Shown here one piece after another: positions 43,805-53,273 of a stretch of DNA of 64,000 nucleotides. The stretch covers positions 55,079-119,078 of the forward strand of contig JAZQCM010000001.1 in the NCBI GenBank assembly GCA_045546275.1, in the 5' to 3' direction. This stretch comes from Clostridia bacterium (GTDB taxonomy: Bacteria; Bacillota; Clostridia; UMGS1883). The notes below the pieces were generated by a model that was not told where the DNA came from, did no database searches, and saw only the letters and a program-made list of their open reading frames with translations. How positions within the stretch are numbered: position 1 is the first letter of the stretch; each line of letters begins with the position of its first letter. The position numbers were made by a program, and so were the translations under genes.

Positions 43805-44995
43805 ATGCGAGTTTATGCAGATAATGCCGCAACAACTTGTATGAGTGAAACGGCAATAAAGGCAATGCTTCCTTATATGAACGAGGTTTATGGCAACCCT
43901 TCAAGCCTTCATTCTGTAGGCCAGGAAGCAAAGGAGCATCTGGATAAGGCAAGAAGCATTATGGCTGAAAACCTTGGCTGTGAGCCCTTTGAAATTATAT
44001 TTACATCAGGCGGTAGTGAAGCTGACAATCAGGCAATTATGTCTGCGGCGGCAATTGGCGCAAGGAAAAACAAAAAGCATATTATTTCTACAGCTTTTGA
44101 GCACCATGCAGTGCTTCACACCTTGAAAAAGCTTGAGAAGCAAGGCTATGAAATTGAGCTTCTGGATGTTCATGAAAACGGCATGGTGTATCCGGAGCAG
44201 GTTAAGGATGCTATCCGTGAAGATACTTGCCTTGTAACAATCATGTATGCAAATAACGAAATCGGCAGCGTTTTGCCTATAAGTGAAATTGGTGCAGTTT
44301 GTAAGGAAAAGGGAGTTTTGTTCCATACCGACGCTGTGCAGGCTGCAGGTCACATTAAAATTAATGTGAAAGAACAAAATATTGACATGCTTTCCTTGTC
44401 GGCTCATAAGTTCCATGGCCCTAAGGGTGTTGGTGTTCTTTACGCAAGACGTGGCATACTTCTTTCAAATATTATCGAAGGCGGTGCACAGGAAAGAGGT
44501 AAGAGAGCAGGTACTGAAAACCTTCCTGCTATCATGGGTATGGCGGCAGCTTTTGACGAAGCATGTAAAAATATTGATAAGCATGCTGAAAAGCTTACTA
44601 AAATGCGTGACAGATTGATAGAAGGACTTTTAAAGGTGCCTCATTCAATTTTAAACGGCGATAAAAACAGCCGACTTCCCGGCAATGTTCATGTTTGTTT
44701 TGAAGCGATTGAAGGTGAGGCGCTACTGCTTCTTCTTGACGCACAGGGCGTGTGTGCATCTTCGGGTTCTGCTTGCACATCAGGTTCACTTGACCCCAGT
44801 CACGTGCTACTTGCTATAGGCAGACCTCATGATATAGCTCATGGCTCATTAAGACTTTCACTTTCGGCATACAATACCGAAGAGGAAATAGACCATATTT
44901 TAAAAGTAGTTCCGCTTGTTGTAGACAGGCTCAGAAATATGTCACCCGTATGGCGTGATTTACAGATGGGAAGGAGAAACTATGTTATACACTGA
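43805..44995 (+). CDS. nifS: Cysteine desulfurase (NifS/IscS family, class V aminotransferase)
   Basis: MRVYADNAATTCMSETAIKAMLPYMNEVYGNPSSLHS, SAHKFHGPKGVG (PLP Lys) and active-site SGSACTSGS. The start is at MRVY, downstream of the ORF-track start. Confidence 0.9.
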   Translation: MRVYADNAATTCMSETAIKAMLPYMNEVYGNPSSLHSVGQEAKEHLDKARSIMAENLGCEPFEIIFTSGGSEADNQAIMSAAAIGARKNKKHIISTAFEHHAVLHTLKKLEKQGYEIELLDVHENGMVYPEQVKDAIREDTCLVTIMYANNEIGSVLPISEIGAVCKEKGVLFHTDAVQAAGHIKINVKEQNIDMLSLSAHKFHGPKGVGVLYARRGILLSNIIEGGAQERGKRAGTENLPAIMGMAAAFDEACKNIDKHAEKLTKMRDRLIEGLLKVPHSILNGDKNSRLPGNVHVCFEAIEGEALLLLLDAQGVCASSGSACTSGSLDPSHVLLAIGRPHDIAHGSLRLSLSAYNTEEEIDHILKVVPLVVDRLRNMSPVWRDLQMGRRNYVIH

Positions 44996-45422
44996 AAAGG
45001 TAATGGACCATTTTACAAATCCCAGAAATGTGGGTTGCATTGAAAATGCTGACGGCGTTGGTGAAGTTGGCAATGTAAAATGCGGAGATATTATGAAGAT
45101 TTATCTTAAAATTGAAGATAACATCATTAAAGACGTTAAGTTTGAAACCTTTGGTTGTGGCAGTGCTATTGCAGCAAGCAGCATTTCAACAGAAATGATA
45201 ATGGGCAAAACAGTTGAAGAGGCAATGGCTCTTTCGAACAAAGAGGTTGTTGATGCTTTGGGCGGACTTCCTGCACCTAAAATTCATTGCTCGGTTTTGG
45301 CAGAAGAAGCAATTAAAGCGGCAATTAAAGATTATTACGACAAAAACGGCATTGAATACGATAAAACTTTGTTCCCTGACTGTGCATCCTGCGGTCATTG
45401 TGATGCTCACGGCGAACACTGA
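44982..45422 (+). CDS. nifU: Fe-S cluster assembly scaffold protein NifU/IscU
   Basis: HFTNPRNVG, GNVKCGDIMKIY and FETFGCGSAIAASS match IscU-type scaffolds. A GGAAGGAGA RBS is present. It overlaps the nifS end. Confidence 0.9.
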   Translation: MLYTEKVMDHFTNPRNVGCIENADGVGEVGNVKCGDIMKIYLKIEDNIIKDVKFETFGCGSAIAASSISTEMIMGKTVEEAMALSNKEVVDALGGLPAPKIHCSVLAEEAIKAAIKDYYDKNGIEYDKTLFPDCASCGHCDAHGEH

Positions 45423-45441
45423 TAAGTGAAAGGAGTTCATT

Positions 45442-46359
45442 ATGGATACAGTAACCATCCGTGACGAAATTCTCCGTTTAAAAAAAGAACAAGATGTATG
45501 CATCTTAGCACATAGCTATCAGAAAAAGGCGATAACCGAAATTGCAGATTTTACAGGTGACAGCTACCAGCTCAGCGTTATGGCGTCAAAAACCAATGCA
45601 AAGAAGGTTATTATGTGCGGTGTGAGATTTATGGCTGAAACAGTTAAAATTCTTTCACCTGAAAAAACGGTCATACTTTCGTCCCCTATTGCAGGCTGCC
45701 CCATGGCAGAACAGATGAGTCGTGAATATATTGAATCTGTAAAGAAAAACTATCCCGATTATTCAGTTGTTGCGTACATCAACACAACAGCAGAGCTTAA
45801 AACTATATGTGATGTGTGTGTAACAAGCGCATCTGCAGTTCAGATTGTAAAGAATATTCCCAATGATAAAATTATCTTTATTCCTGACTGCAATCTTGGC
45901 AGCTTCGTGGCTAAAAATGTTCCCGAAAAAACTTTTAAGCTTCTTCACGGTGGTTGTCCCATTCATGGTGGCATTAAAGGTGAAGTTGCAAAGGAAGCAA
46001 AACTTCGTCATCCCGATGCAAAGTTGCTTGTTCATCCGGAATGTGTGCCTCAGGTTGTGGCACAGGCTGATTTTGTAGGTTCTACAACTGCCATTATTGA
46101 TTATGCAGTTAAGAGCGATGCAAAGGAATTTATTATTGGTACCGAGATTGCAATTGCCGAGTACTTACAGTTTGAATGTCCTGGCAAAAAGTTCTATCCC
46201 TTGTCAGCACAACTTATTTGCCCCGATATGAAGGCTACAACACTTGTTGATGTTTATAATATCTTAAAGGGCGAAGGCGGCGAAGAAATTATTCTCGACG
46301 AAGAAACCATTTCAAAGGCAAGACATTGTATAGATAAAATGATTGAATTAGGTGGTTGA
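45442..46359 (+). CDS. nadA: Quinolinate synthase
   Basis: ILAHSYQ, GVRFMAETVKIL and YINTTAELK..CDVCVTSASA match NadA. The Cys ligands are conserved. Confidence 0.9.
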   Translation: MDTVTIRDEILRLKKEQDVCILAHSYQKKAITEIADFTGDSYQLSVMASKTNAKKVIMCGVRFMAETVKILSPEKTVILSSPIAGCPMAEQMSREYIESVKKNYPDYSVVAYINTTAELKTICDVCVTSASAVQIVKNIPNDKIIFIPDCNLGSFVAKNVPEKTFKLLHGGCPIHGGIKGEVAKEAKLRHPDAKLLVHPECVPQVVAQADFVGSTTAIIDYAVKSDAKEFIIGTEIAIAEYLQFECPGKKFYPLSAQLICPDMKATTLVDVYNILKGEGGEEIILDEETISKARHCIDKMIELGG

Positions 46360-46361
46360 CA

Positions 46362-46396
46362 AAAAGGTGTGGACAAAACTGTTCACACCTTTTTAA
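46362..46396 (+). terminator. Rho-independent terminator (aaggtgtggac / gttcacacctt)
   Basis: An 11-bp stem with one mismatch is followed by ttttaaat. Confidence 0.65.
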
Positions 46397-46411
46397 ATAA
46401 CAGGAGGAAAA

Positions 46412-48133
46412 ATGAAGCTACTTGGTAAGTACCTGAAAGAATATTATCCCAGAATGCTTTTCGGGTTTACAATTAAAACAACAGGCACTGTTTCGGAATT
46501 GATGCTTCCATACATTTTAAGTCATATATTGACAAATGTTTTGGGCAAAGAAATTTCCGAAATAGTCTTCTGGGGTGCAATGATGGTAATTTTTTCAGCA
46601 ATTGCCTGTGCTTTTAACATTGTTGCAAACCGCATGGCGGCAAAGGTGTCCAGAAATTTTGCAGAAAAAATGCGCAGTGATTTGTTTAACAAAACACTTA
46701 ATTTATCAGCAGCGCAAACTGACAAATTCACCATTCCGTCACTCGAGTCCCGAATTACAACCGATACATATAACGTGCATCATTTTGTAAACATGATGCA
46801 GCGACTTGGTGTACGTGCACCGATTATGCTTATTGGCGGAACCATATTAACCTTAATTATGGACCCTTTTTTGTCACTTGTTATGATTTCAATGTTGCCG
46901 CTTATTTTTGTAACCGTGTATTTTATTTCATGTAAAGGCGTTCCGCTTTACACAGGAGTACAAAAGTGTGTTGACAGTATGATACGCGTTGTACGCGAGG
47001 ACACACATGGAATAAGGGTTATAAAGGCTCTTTCTAAGGTTGAATACGAGCACCGTCGTTACGATGAGGTTAACTCTTTGCTTTCCAAAGAGGAAATCCG
47101 TACAGGGGTTATTATGGGCACTGTAAATCCAATTATGACCTTTTTTATGAACATGGGCAGCGTTTGTGTAATTGCAATTGGTGCATGGCGTGTAACAGGC
47201 TCACTTTCAAAGCCTGAAACGGTTATTGCTTTTATGCAGTATTTCACCTTGATTTCCATGGCAATGATGTCAGTTACAAGAATGTTTACAATGTACACAA
47301 AAAGCAGTGCATCAGCAAAAAGAATTGCGGAAGTTCTTGACACAAAAGAAGATGTAACGGTCATGAGCAAGGCTGAGTTTCCCAACATTGAAACAGATGC
47401 CTTTATTGTGTTTGACAAGGTTTCGTTTTCCTACAATAAAAAGGTTCAAAATCTTGAAAACATAAGCTTTTCCATTAAAAAAGGGGAGAGTCTTGGCGTA
47501 ATTGGTGCAACAGGCTCAGGTAAATCAACCCTTATAAAGCTCATTTTAAGGTTTTATGACCCCGATGAGGGAAACATATACATAAATGGTGAAAACATAC
47601 GCACAATTGAAAAAGGAAGGCTTTACAGCCTTTTCGGAAGTGCACATCAGCAGGATTTTCTCTATGCGGACAGCATTAAAGAAAACATTAAGTTTGGAAG
47701 AGAAATTTCTGACGAAGATGTTATCCGTGCGGCAACTATTGCGCAGGCATATGACTTTATTAATGCTTTCCCCGACAAATTTGAACACAAACTGTCACAG
47801 CACGGCACAAATATTTCCGGCGGTCAAAAGCAAAGAATTCTTATTTCTCGTGCTCTTGCAGGCAAAAGCGATATTCTTGTTTTAGACGATAGCTCATCAG
47901 CACTTGACTATAAAACAGATTCACTTTTGCGAAAAGCCCTTAAGGAAAATCTTAATAATACTACAGTTATTACTGTTGCGCAAAGAGTTAGCTCTGTTAA
48001 GGATGCCGACTTGATTTTGGTGCTTGACGAAGGAAAAGTAATTGGAATGGGCAATCACGAAGAGCTACTTGAAAAATGTGAAGAATACAACGAAATTGCC
48101 ATTTCCCAGATGGGAGGTGCTTTTGTTGACTGA
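46412..48133 (+). CDS. ABC transporter ATP-binding/permease protein (type I exporter half-transporter, subunit 1 of heterodimer)
   Basis: A six-TM domain is followed by an NBD with GATGSGKST, LSGGQKQRILISRAL and ILVLDDSSSALD. An AGGAGG RBS is present. Confidence 0.9.
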   Translation: MKLLGKYLKEYYPRMLFGFTIKTTGTVSELMLPYILSHILTNVLGKEISEIVFWGAMMVIFSAIACAFNIVANRMAAKVSRNFAEKMRSDLFNKTLNLSAAQTDKFTIPSLESRITTDTYNVHHFVNMMQRLGVRAPIMLIGGTILTLIMDPFLSLVMISMLPLIFVTVYFISCKGVPLYTGVQKCVDSMIRVVREDTHGIRVIKALSKVEYEHRRYDEVNSLLSKEEIRTGVIMGTVNPIMTFFMNMGSVCVIAIGAWRVTGSLSKPETVIAFMQYFTLISMAMMSVTRMFTMYTKSSASAKRIAEVLDTKEDVTVMSKAEFPNIETDAFIVFDKVSFSYNKKVQNLENISFSIKKGESLGVIGATGSGKSTLIKLILRFYDPDEGNIYINGENIRTIEKGRLYSLFGSAHQQDFLYADSIKENIKFGREISDEDVIRAATIAQAYDFINAFPDKFEHKLSQHGTNISGGQKQRILISRALAGKSDILVLDDSSSALDYKTDSLLRKALKENLNNTTVITVAQRVSSVKDADLILVLDEGKVIGMGNHEELLEKCEEYNEIAISQMGGAFVD

Positions 48134-49916
48134 TAAAGTAAAAACAAACAAGAATGTTAAAGGAACTCTTTTAAGGCTCTGCGGTTACATACTTAAGTAC
48201 TGGTACCTTTTTGTTCCTGCAGTTTTAATGACGCTGCTTTCAAATCAATTGTCGCTTTTAGGCCCAAAATTTTCAGGCGAAGCAATTGATGCAATTGCTC
48301 ACAGTGAAGGTGTGCAATTTACTGTTGTGTGGCAAAATGTTGTAAAAATGGCGCTTTGCTATCTTTTTTCAGCAGTTTTGAGCTATGGTCTTACTGTGCT
48401 TATGATTTTTATAAGCCAGAAAATAGTTTACACAATGCGAAAACAGCTTTTTGAAAAGCTTATGAGCTTGCCTGTAGGCTATTTTGACACTCATCCCACA
48501 GGTGATATAATAAGCCATATTTCTTATGATATCGACACCATAAACAGCACGCTTTCTCACGATTTTGTACAGGTTATGACAAGTCTTTACACTGTAATAG
48601 GTTCACTTGTTTTCATGTGGAATATAAGTAAGCCTCTGATTTTAGTGTTTGTCATTACTGTGCCTTGTGCCATTCTTTTCACAAGATTTCGCTCAAAAAA
48701 GGTTAAGCCTTTATTCAGTGAACGTTCAAGAAAGCTTGGCGAACTTAACGGCTATGCCGAGGAAATGCTGTCAGGTGCAAGAACAATTCAATCCTACAAC
48801 CGTGAAGAAGAAATATCAAAACGATTTAATCGCCGAAACAAAGAAACAATGGACGCCTACTACAAAGCCGACTATTACGGTGCGGCAATGGGTCCGTCGG
48901 TAAACTTTATCAACAATCTTTCTATATCCCTTGTTATGATTTTAGGTGGCGTTTTGTATCTTTTTTCGGAAAGTGGCGCTGCTTTGGAGGGCACACTGTT
49001 TTTCATAACCTTAGGCGGTGTGGCGCAGTTTGTTCAGTATTCAAGAAAATTTGAAGGCCCAATTAACGAATTTGCAAATATTTTAAGTGAGTTCCAGTCG
49101 GCAATAAGTGCGGCGGAAAGAGTTTTTAAAATAATTGACGAAGAAAGTGAAAGGGCAGATAAAGTAAACGCAAAAACTCTTTCAAAGGTTAATGGTAGGG
49201 TTGAATTTAAAAAGGTAAAATTTGGTTATGTGCCTGAAAAAACAATAATTCACGATTTGTCCTTTACTGCAGAAGAAGGCAAAACAATTGCTGTGGTTGG
49301 CCCCACAGGTGCTGGAAAAACCACCATAATAAGTCTTCTTATGCGGTTTTACGATGTTGACAATGGTGAAATTTATCTTGATAATGTAAAATACGAGGAA
49401 TTTACACGAAAATCCTTAAGAAATGCTTACACCATGGTTTTGCAGGACACCTGGCTTTTCACAGGCACTATTTTTGAAAACATTGCCTACGGCAGAGAGG
49501 GTGCAACTCTTGACGAGGTTAAACTAGCTTCAAAGGCTGCAAAAATTGACAGCTTTATTGAATCTCTTCCCGATGGGTACAATACCGTGCTTACGGACGA
49601 GGGCATTAATATTTCCAAAGGACAAAAACAGCTTATTACCATTGCAAGAGCAATAATTGCAAATTCCAAAATGCTTATATTGGATGAAGCAACCTCCAAC
49701 GTTGACTCACGCACAGAAATCAAAATTCAGCAGGCAATGAAAAAGCTGATGCACAAAAAAACATCCTTTGTAATTGCGCACCGTCTTTCAACAATTCAGA
49801 ATGCTGATAAAATTGTTGTAATCCAGAACGGCAGAATTACCGAAATAGGTAATCACGAGGAATTGATGCAAAAAGACGGATTTTACAGCAAGCTATACAA
49901 TTCACAGTTTAATTGA
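48123..49916 (+). CDS. ABC transporter ATP-binding/permease protein (type I exporter half-transporter, subunit 2)
   Basis: A TMD is followed by an NBD with GPTGAGKTT, ISKGQKQLITIARAI and LILDEATSNVD. It is translationally coupled: a TTG start overlaps the upstream stop, preceded by GGAGG. The exact start (48123 versus 48126) is uncertain. Confidence 0.85.
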   Translation: MLTDKVKTNKNVKGTLLRLCGYILKYWYLFVPAVLMTLLSNQLSLLGPKFSGEAIDAIAHSEGVQFTVVWQNVVKMALCYLFSAVLSYGLTVLMIFISQKIVYTMRKQLFEKLMSLPVGYFDTHPTGDIISHISYDIDTINSTLSHDFVQVMTSLYTVIGSLVFMWNISKPLILVFVITVPCAILFTRFRSKKVKPLFSERSRKLGELNGYAEEMLSGARTIQSYNREEEISKRFNRRNKETMDAYYKADYYGAAMGPSVNFINNLSISLVMILGGVLYLFSESGAALEGTLFFITLGGVAQFVQYSRKFEGPINEFANILSEFQSAISAAERVFKIIDEESERADKVNAKTLSKVNGRVEFKKVKFGYVPEKTIIHDLSFTAEEGKTIAVVGPTGAGKTTIISLLMRFYDVDNGEIYLDNVKYEEFTRKSLRNAYTMVLQDTWLFTGTIFENIAYGREGATLDEVKLASKAAKIDSFIESLPDGYNTVLTDEGINISKGQKQLITIARAIIANSKMLILDEATSNVDSRTEIKIQQAMKKLMHKKTSFVIAHRLSTIQNADKIVVIQNGRITEIGNHEELMQKDGFYSKLYNSQFN

Positions 49917-49930
49917 CAGAAGGAATTAAT

Positions 49931-51265
49931 ATGACACAAAAGAACGATTTTTCACAAGGCTCGGTAAAAAAGCTTATAATTTCACAGGCTGTGCCGCTCA
50001 CTTTAGCACAGGCGGTTTTGTTGTTGTACAATGTTGTTGACCGTATTTATATCGGTCATTTAAAAAACATTGGAGATATTGCACTTACAGGTCTTGGAAT
50101 TACATTTCCTGTTATTGTAATAATTGCGGCATTCACAAGCCTTTTCGGCACAGGTGGCACAACGCTTTTTTCGCTTGCAAGAGGCCGTGGCGACACTTAC
50201 GAGGCAGAAAAAATCATAAGCAATGTTTTTACTCTCCTCTGCATTTTTTCAGCCATTTTGTTTGGCGTTTGCTATTTTTTTAGAAGGCCAATCCTGTTTT
50301 GGTTCGGTGCAAGCAAGGAATCGTTTTTCTATGCCGATGAATATTTAAAGCTGTACCTTTTCGGTACAACCTTTTCAATGATTTCCACAGGCATGAACGG
50401 GTTTATCAATGCGCAGGGCTTTCCCAAAATCGGCATGCTTACAACCATTATAGGTGCAATTATAAACATTGTACTTGACCCTATTTTTATTTTCCTGTTT
50501 GACATGGGCGTTTCAGGTGCAGCACTGGCAACTGTTATCAGCCAGTTTGTATCGGCATTGTGGGTTATGATGTTTCTTCTTGGTAAAAAGGCGGTTTTAA
50601 AGCTCAAAAAAGCATGTCTCGACTTTAAAATTGTAAAAGGCGTTGCAATGTTAGGGTTACCGGGCTTTGTTATGCAGGGAACCAACAGCCTTGTACAAAT
50701 TGTGTCAAACAATCAACTCCAGCTTTATGGTGGCGATTTATATGTTGGCATTATGACGGTTTTAAATTCAGTACGAGAAATGATATCCCTGCCTGTTTTA
50801 GGCATAAGCAGCGGTGCACAGCCAATCTTAGGGTTTAATTATGGTGCCAAGCAGTACAAACGTGTTAAAGAGGGCATACGTTTTACTGCCACAATCGGAA
50901 CAATTTACACACTTTTGGCGTGGCTCATGGTTATGCTTATACCAAAGGCACTAATGGGCATTTTTTCTGATGATGCCCTGACCATTTCCGTTGGTGCAAA
51001 AATGCTCAACATTTACTTTTTCGGCTTTGTTTTTATGGCGTTTCAGTTTGCAGGACAAACAGCTTTTCAAGCACTTGGAAAAGCAAAGCAGGCAATTTTC
51101 TTTTCCCTTTTACGAAAAGCATTTATTGTTGTGCCGCTGACAATAATTCTGCCCATGGCAGGATTTGGGGTTGAAGGCGTTTTCATTGCTGAGCCTGTTT
51201 CAAACCTTTTGGGCGGTGTTGCGGCATTTAGTGCAATGTGGCTTACAATTTACAGAAAGCTTTGA
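49931..51265 (+). CDS. MATE family efflux transporter
   Basis: 12-TM MatE protein with VPLTLAQAVLLLYNVVDRIYIGHL. The ATG at 49931 follows GAAGGA. Confidence 0.9.
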   Translation: MTQKNDFSQGSVKKLIISQAVPLTLAQAVLLLYNVVDRIYIGHLKNIGDIALTGLGITFPVIVIIAAFTSLFGTGGTTLFSLARGRGDTYEAEKIISNVFTLLCIFSAILFGVCYFFRRPILFWFGASKESFFYADEYLKLYLFGTTFSMISTGMNGFINAQGFPKIGMLTTIIGAIINIVLDPIFIFLFDMGVSGAALATVISQFVSALWVMMFLLGKKAVLKLKKACLDFKIVKGVAMLGLPGFVMQGTNSLVQIVSNNQLQLYGGDLYVGIMTVLNSVREMISLPVLGISSGAQPILGFNYGAKQYKRVKEGIRFTATIGTIYTLLAWLMVMLIPKALMGIFSDDALTISVGAKMLNIYFFGFVFMAFQFAGQTAFQALGKAKQAIFFSLLRKAFIVVPLTIILPMAGFGVEGVFIAEPVSNLLGGVAAFSAMWLTIYRKL

Positions 51266-51272
51266 GGTGCAA

Positions 51273-52493
51273 ATGAAAAAGAAAATTTTAGTTGTTTTAG
51301 TAGCTTTGTTAGTTTTAATAGCCTTACATGTATGTGCAACCGAAGATGTTGTGGTGAAAATGGAAATTGGTAATCCCTTAATGTACATAAACGGTGTGGA
51401 AACTGAAATTGACCCAGGAAGAGGAACCGTGCCTGTAATAGTAAATGACCGGACTCTTGTCCCGATAAGAGCCATAATTGAAGCCTTTGGTGGTAGTGTT
51501 CAGTGGATTAACGAGGAAAAACAGGTTGTTATAACAATGAATAACGACACAGTAACCCTTTTTATTGATAAACCTGATGCTTATTTTAACGATGAACAGC
51601 ACACTCTCGATGTTTCACCAATCATTTTAAATGACAGAACAATGCTTCCCGTACGGTTTATTGCTGAAAGCTTTAACCTGTCGGTTGCATGGGACAATGA
51701 TTTAAAAGCAGTATATATTCTAAAAAACGGCATTGACCAAGAGGAATATGAATATCTTAGCTTAATTGACCCGTTTTCAGGGCAAGCCTATGTGGAAATT
51801 AATGATAACCTGCCGTTTTTTAAAGATTATGAAATAATCCCCATATCATTTGAGTACTATTCAAACCTTGACCAGTTGGAAAGATGCGGAGTTTCAATGG
51901 CAAATGTGGTTTTAGATATTAAGCCTTTCGAAAAACGTGAAAGCATTTCTTCAGTAACTCCCACAGGTTGGGTCAATGAAAAGTACGATATTGTTGACGG
52001 CGGCTATCTTTACAACCGTTGTCATCTTATAGGTTTTCAATTGACGGGCGAAAATGCGAATGAAAGAAACCTTATTACAGGCACAAGGTATTTAAACATT
52101 GAGGGCATGCTACCCTTTGAAAACATGATTGACAATTACGTTGAAGAAACCAATAACCACGTTTTGTACCGGGTAACCCCATTTTTTAAGGAAGATAACC
52201 TTGTCTGCGAAGGCGTTCTTTTAGAGGCGTATTCAATTGAAGACATGGGCGAGGGGATAACCTTTTGCGTTTTTTGCTACAATGTTCAGCCCGGCATTGA
52301 AATCAATTACAAAACAGGCGAAAACACCCTGGCTGAAAGCATTGATTTAAAAGAACCAAATTTTGTTTACAGAACTCCAAGTGGCAAAAAGTATCATTTT
52401 GACAATGAATGTGGCGGCAAAAACAGCTTCCCGATAACAATTGAAGAAGCATTAGAAGCAAATCTCACACCTTGCTCAAAATGTGCGGAATAG
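51273..52493 (+). CDS. Secreted wall-associated nuclease: signal peptide, two Cu-amine-oxidase-N-like repeats and a C-terminal beta-beta-alpha-Me (EndA/NucA-type) non-specific endonuclease domain plus a Cys-containing C-terminal tail
   Basis: The signal peptide is MKKKILVVLVALLVLIALHVCA. The repeats RTLVPIRAIIEAFGGSVQW and RTMLPVRFIAESFNLSVAW are wall-association modules. The nuclease core YLYNRCHLIGFQLTGENANERNLITGTRYLN resembles the DRGHLIA..Q.SGE..N..N block of streptococcal EndA-type DNA-entry nucleases. The C-terminal tail reads GKKYHFDNECGG...TPCSKC. Confidence 0.6.
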   Translation: MKKKILVVLVALLVLIALHVCATEDVVVKMEIGNPLMYINGVETEIDPGRGTVPVIVNDRTLVPIRAIIEAFGGSVQWINEEKQVVITMNNDTVTLFIDKPDAYFNDEQHTLDVSPIILNDRTMLPVRFIAESFNLSVAWDNDLKAVYILKNGIDQEEYEYLSLIDPFSGQAYVEINDNLPFFKDYEIIPISFEYYSNLDQLERCGVSMANVVLDIKPFEKRESISSVTPTGWVNEKYDIVDGGYLYNRCHLIGFQLTGENANERNLITGTRYLNIEGMLPFENMIDNYVEETNNHVLYRVTPFFKEDNLVCEGVLLEAYSIEDMGEGITFCVFCYNVQPGIEINYKTGENTLAESIDLKEPNFVYRTPSGKKYHFDNECGGKNSFPITIEEALEANLTPCSKCAE

Positions 52494-52494
52494 A

Positions 52495-52526
52495 AAAAAG
52501 ACAGCTAAAAGCTGTCTTTTATTTTG
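52495..52526. terminator. Bidirectional terminator (aaaagacagc / gctgtctttt)
   Basis: A perfect 10-bp stem lies between convergent genes and overlaps the pdaA-like stop codon. Confidence 0.75.
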
Positions 52527-53271
52527 CAAACTGTCTTCCAGTGTGGTCGATTGTGTAGTTTTCCTTGTATATTAAATCACTTACTCTTACAAACTCATAG
52601 CCTGCATCTTTAAGTGCTTGTAAAATGCCGGGGAGAGCGGCAGCTGTTTGCTTTGTGCCGTTATGGAATAAAAGGATTGAGCCCGGTTGAACCCTATCAA
52701 AAATCCGCTTTTTCATTTCTTCCTCGGTTAAATCCTTCCAGTCTAATGAATCAACATCCCACTGAATCATAAACCTGCCTGTTTCCTTGGCGGCTAAAAC
52801 AGCATTGTTTGTGTAATCGCCCGAGGGTGCACGGACAAGGGCTGGCTTTTTGCCGATAAGCTTTTCAATAATGCCGTCGCATTTATCCATGTCGGCAATT
52901 ATTTCGTCTTTGGTTAAGGTTGAATACAGTGTGTGGTTATAGCTGTGAGATGCAATTTCGTGGCTGTTGTTAAAAAGCTTTTTAACACTTTCGGGAAAAC
53001 GCTCCGCCCAGTCACCTGTGACAAAAAAGGTTGAAGGACAGCTGTACTGACAAAGCACGGAAATGATTTGGTCAATATCGTCGTCATTCCAGGCTGAGTC
53101 AAAGGTAATTGCAATTTTTTTGTCAGCTGTTTCAACTGAGTAAATAGGGAGCTCTTTTGTTGAAACCGAGGTTTCCACACTTTTGAAAAAGGTGGGGAGG
53201 GAAAGTGACAGTGCAAAGGCTAAAACCATTATTGAAAGCACCATGTTTTTTGTCATAACAAAAATTTTCAT
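52519..53271 (-). CDS. pdaA: Polysaccharide deacetylase (NodB homology; PdaA-like spore-cortex N-acetylmuramic acid deacetylase candidate)
   Basis: NodB motifs FFVTGDW, HSYNH and LVRAPSGDY are present. An N-terminal signal/anchor is present. It sits immediately downstream of cwlD in the same operon. Confidence 0.7.
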   Translation of the reverse strand: MKIFVMTKNMVLSIMVLAFALSLSLPTFFKSVETSVSTKELPIYSVETADKKIAITFDSAWNDDDIDQIISVLCQYSCPSTFFVTGDWAERFPESVKKLFNNSHEIASHSYNHTLYSTLTKDEIIADMDKCDGIIEKLIGKKPALVRAPSGDYTNNAVLAAKETGRFMIQWDVDSLDWKDLTEEEMKKRIFDRVQPGSILLFHNGTKQTAAALPGILQALKDAGYEFVRVSDLIYKENYTIDHTGRQFAK

Positions 53272-53273
53272 AA

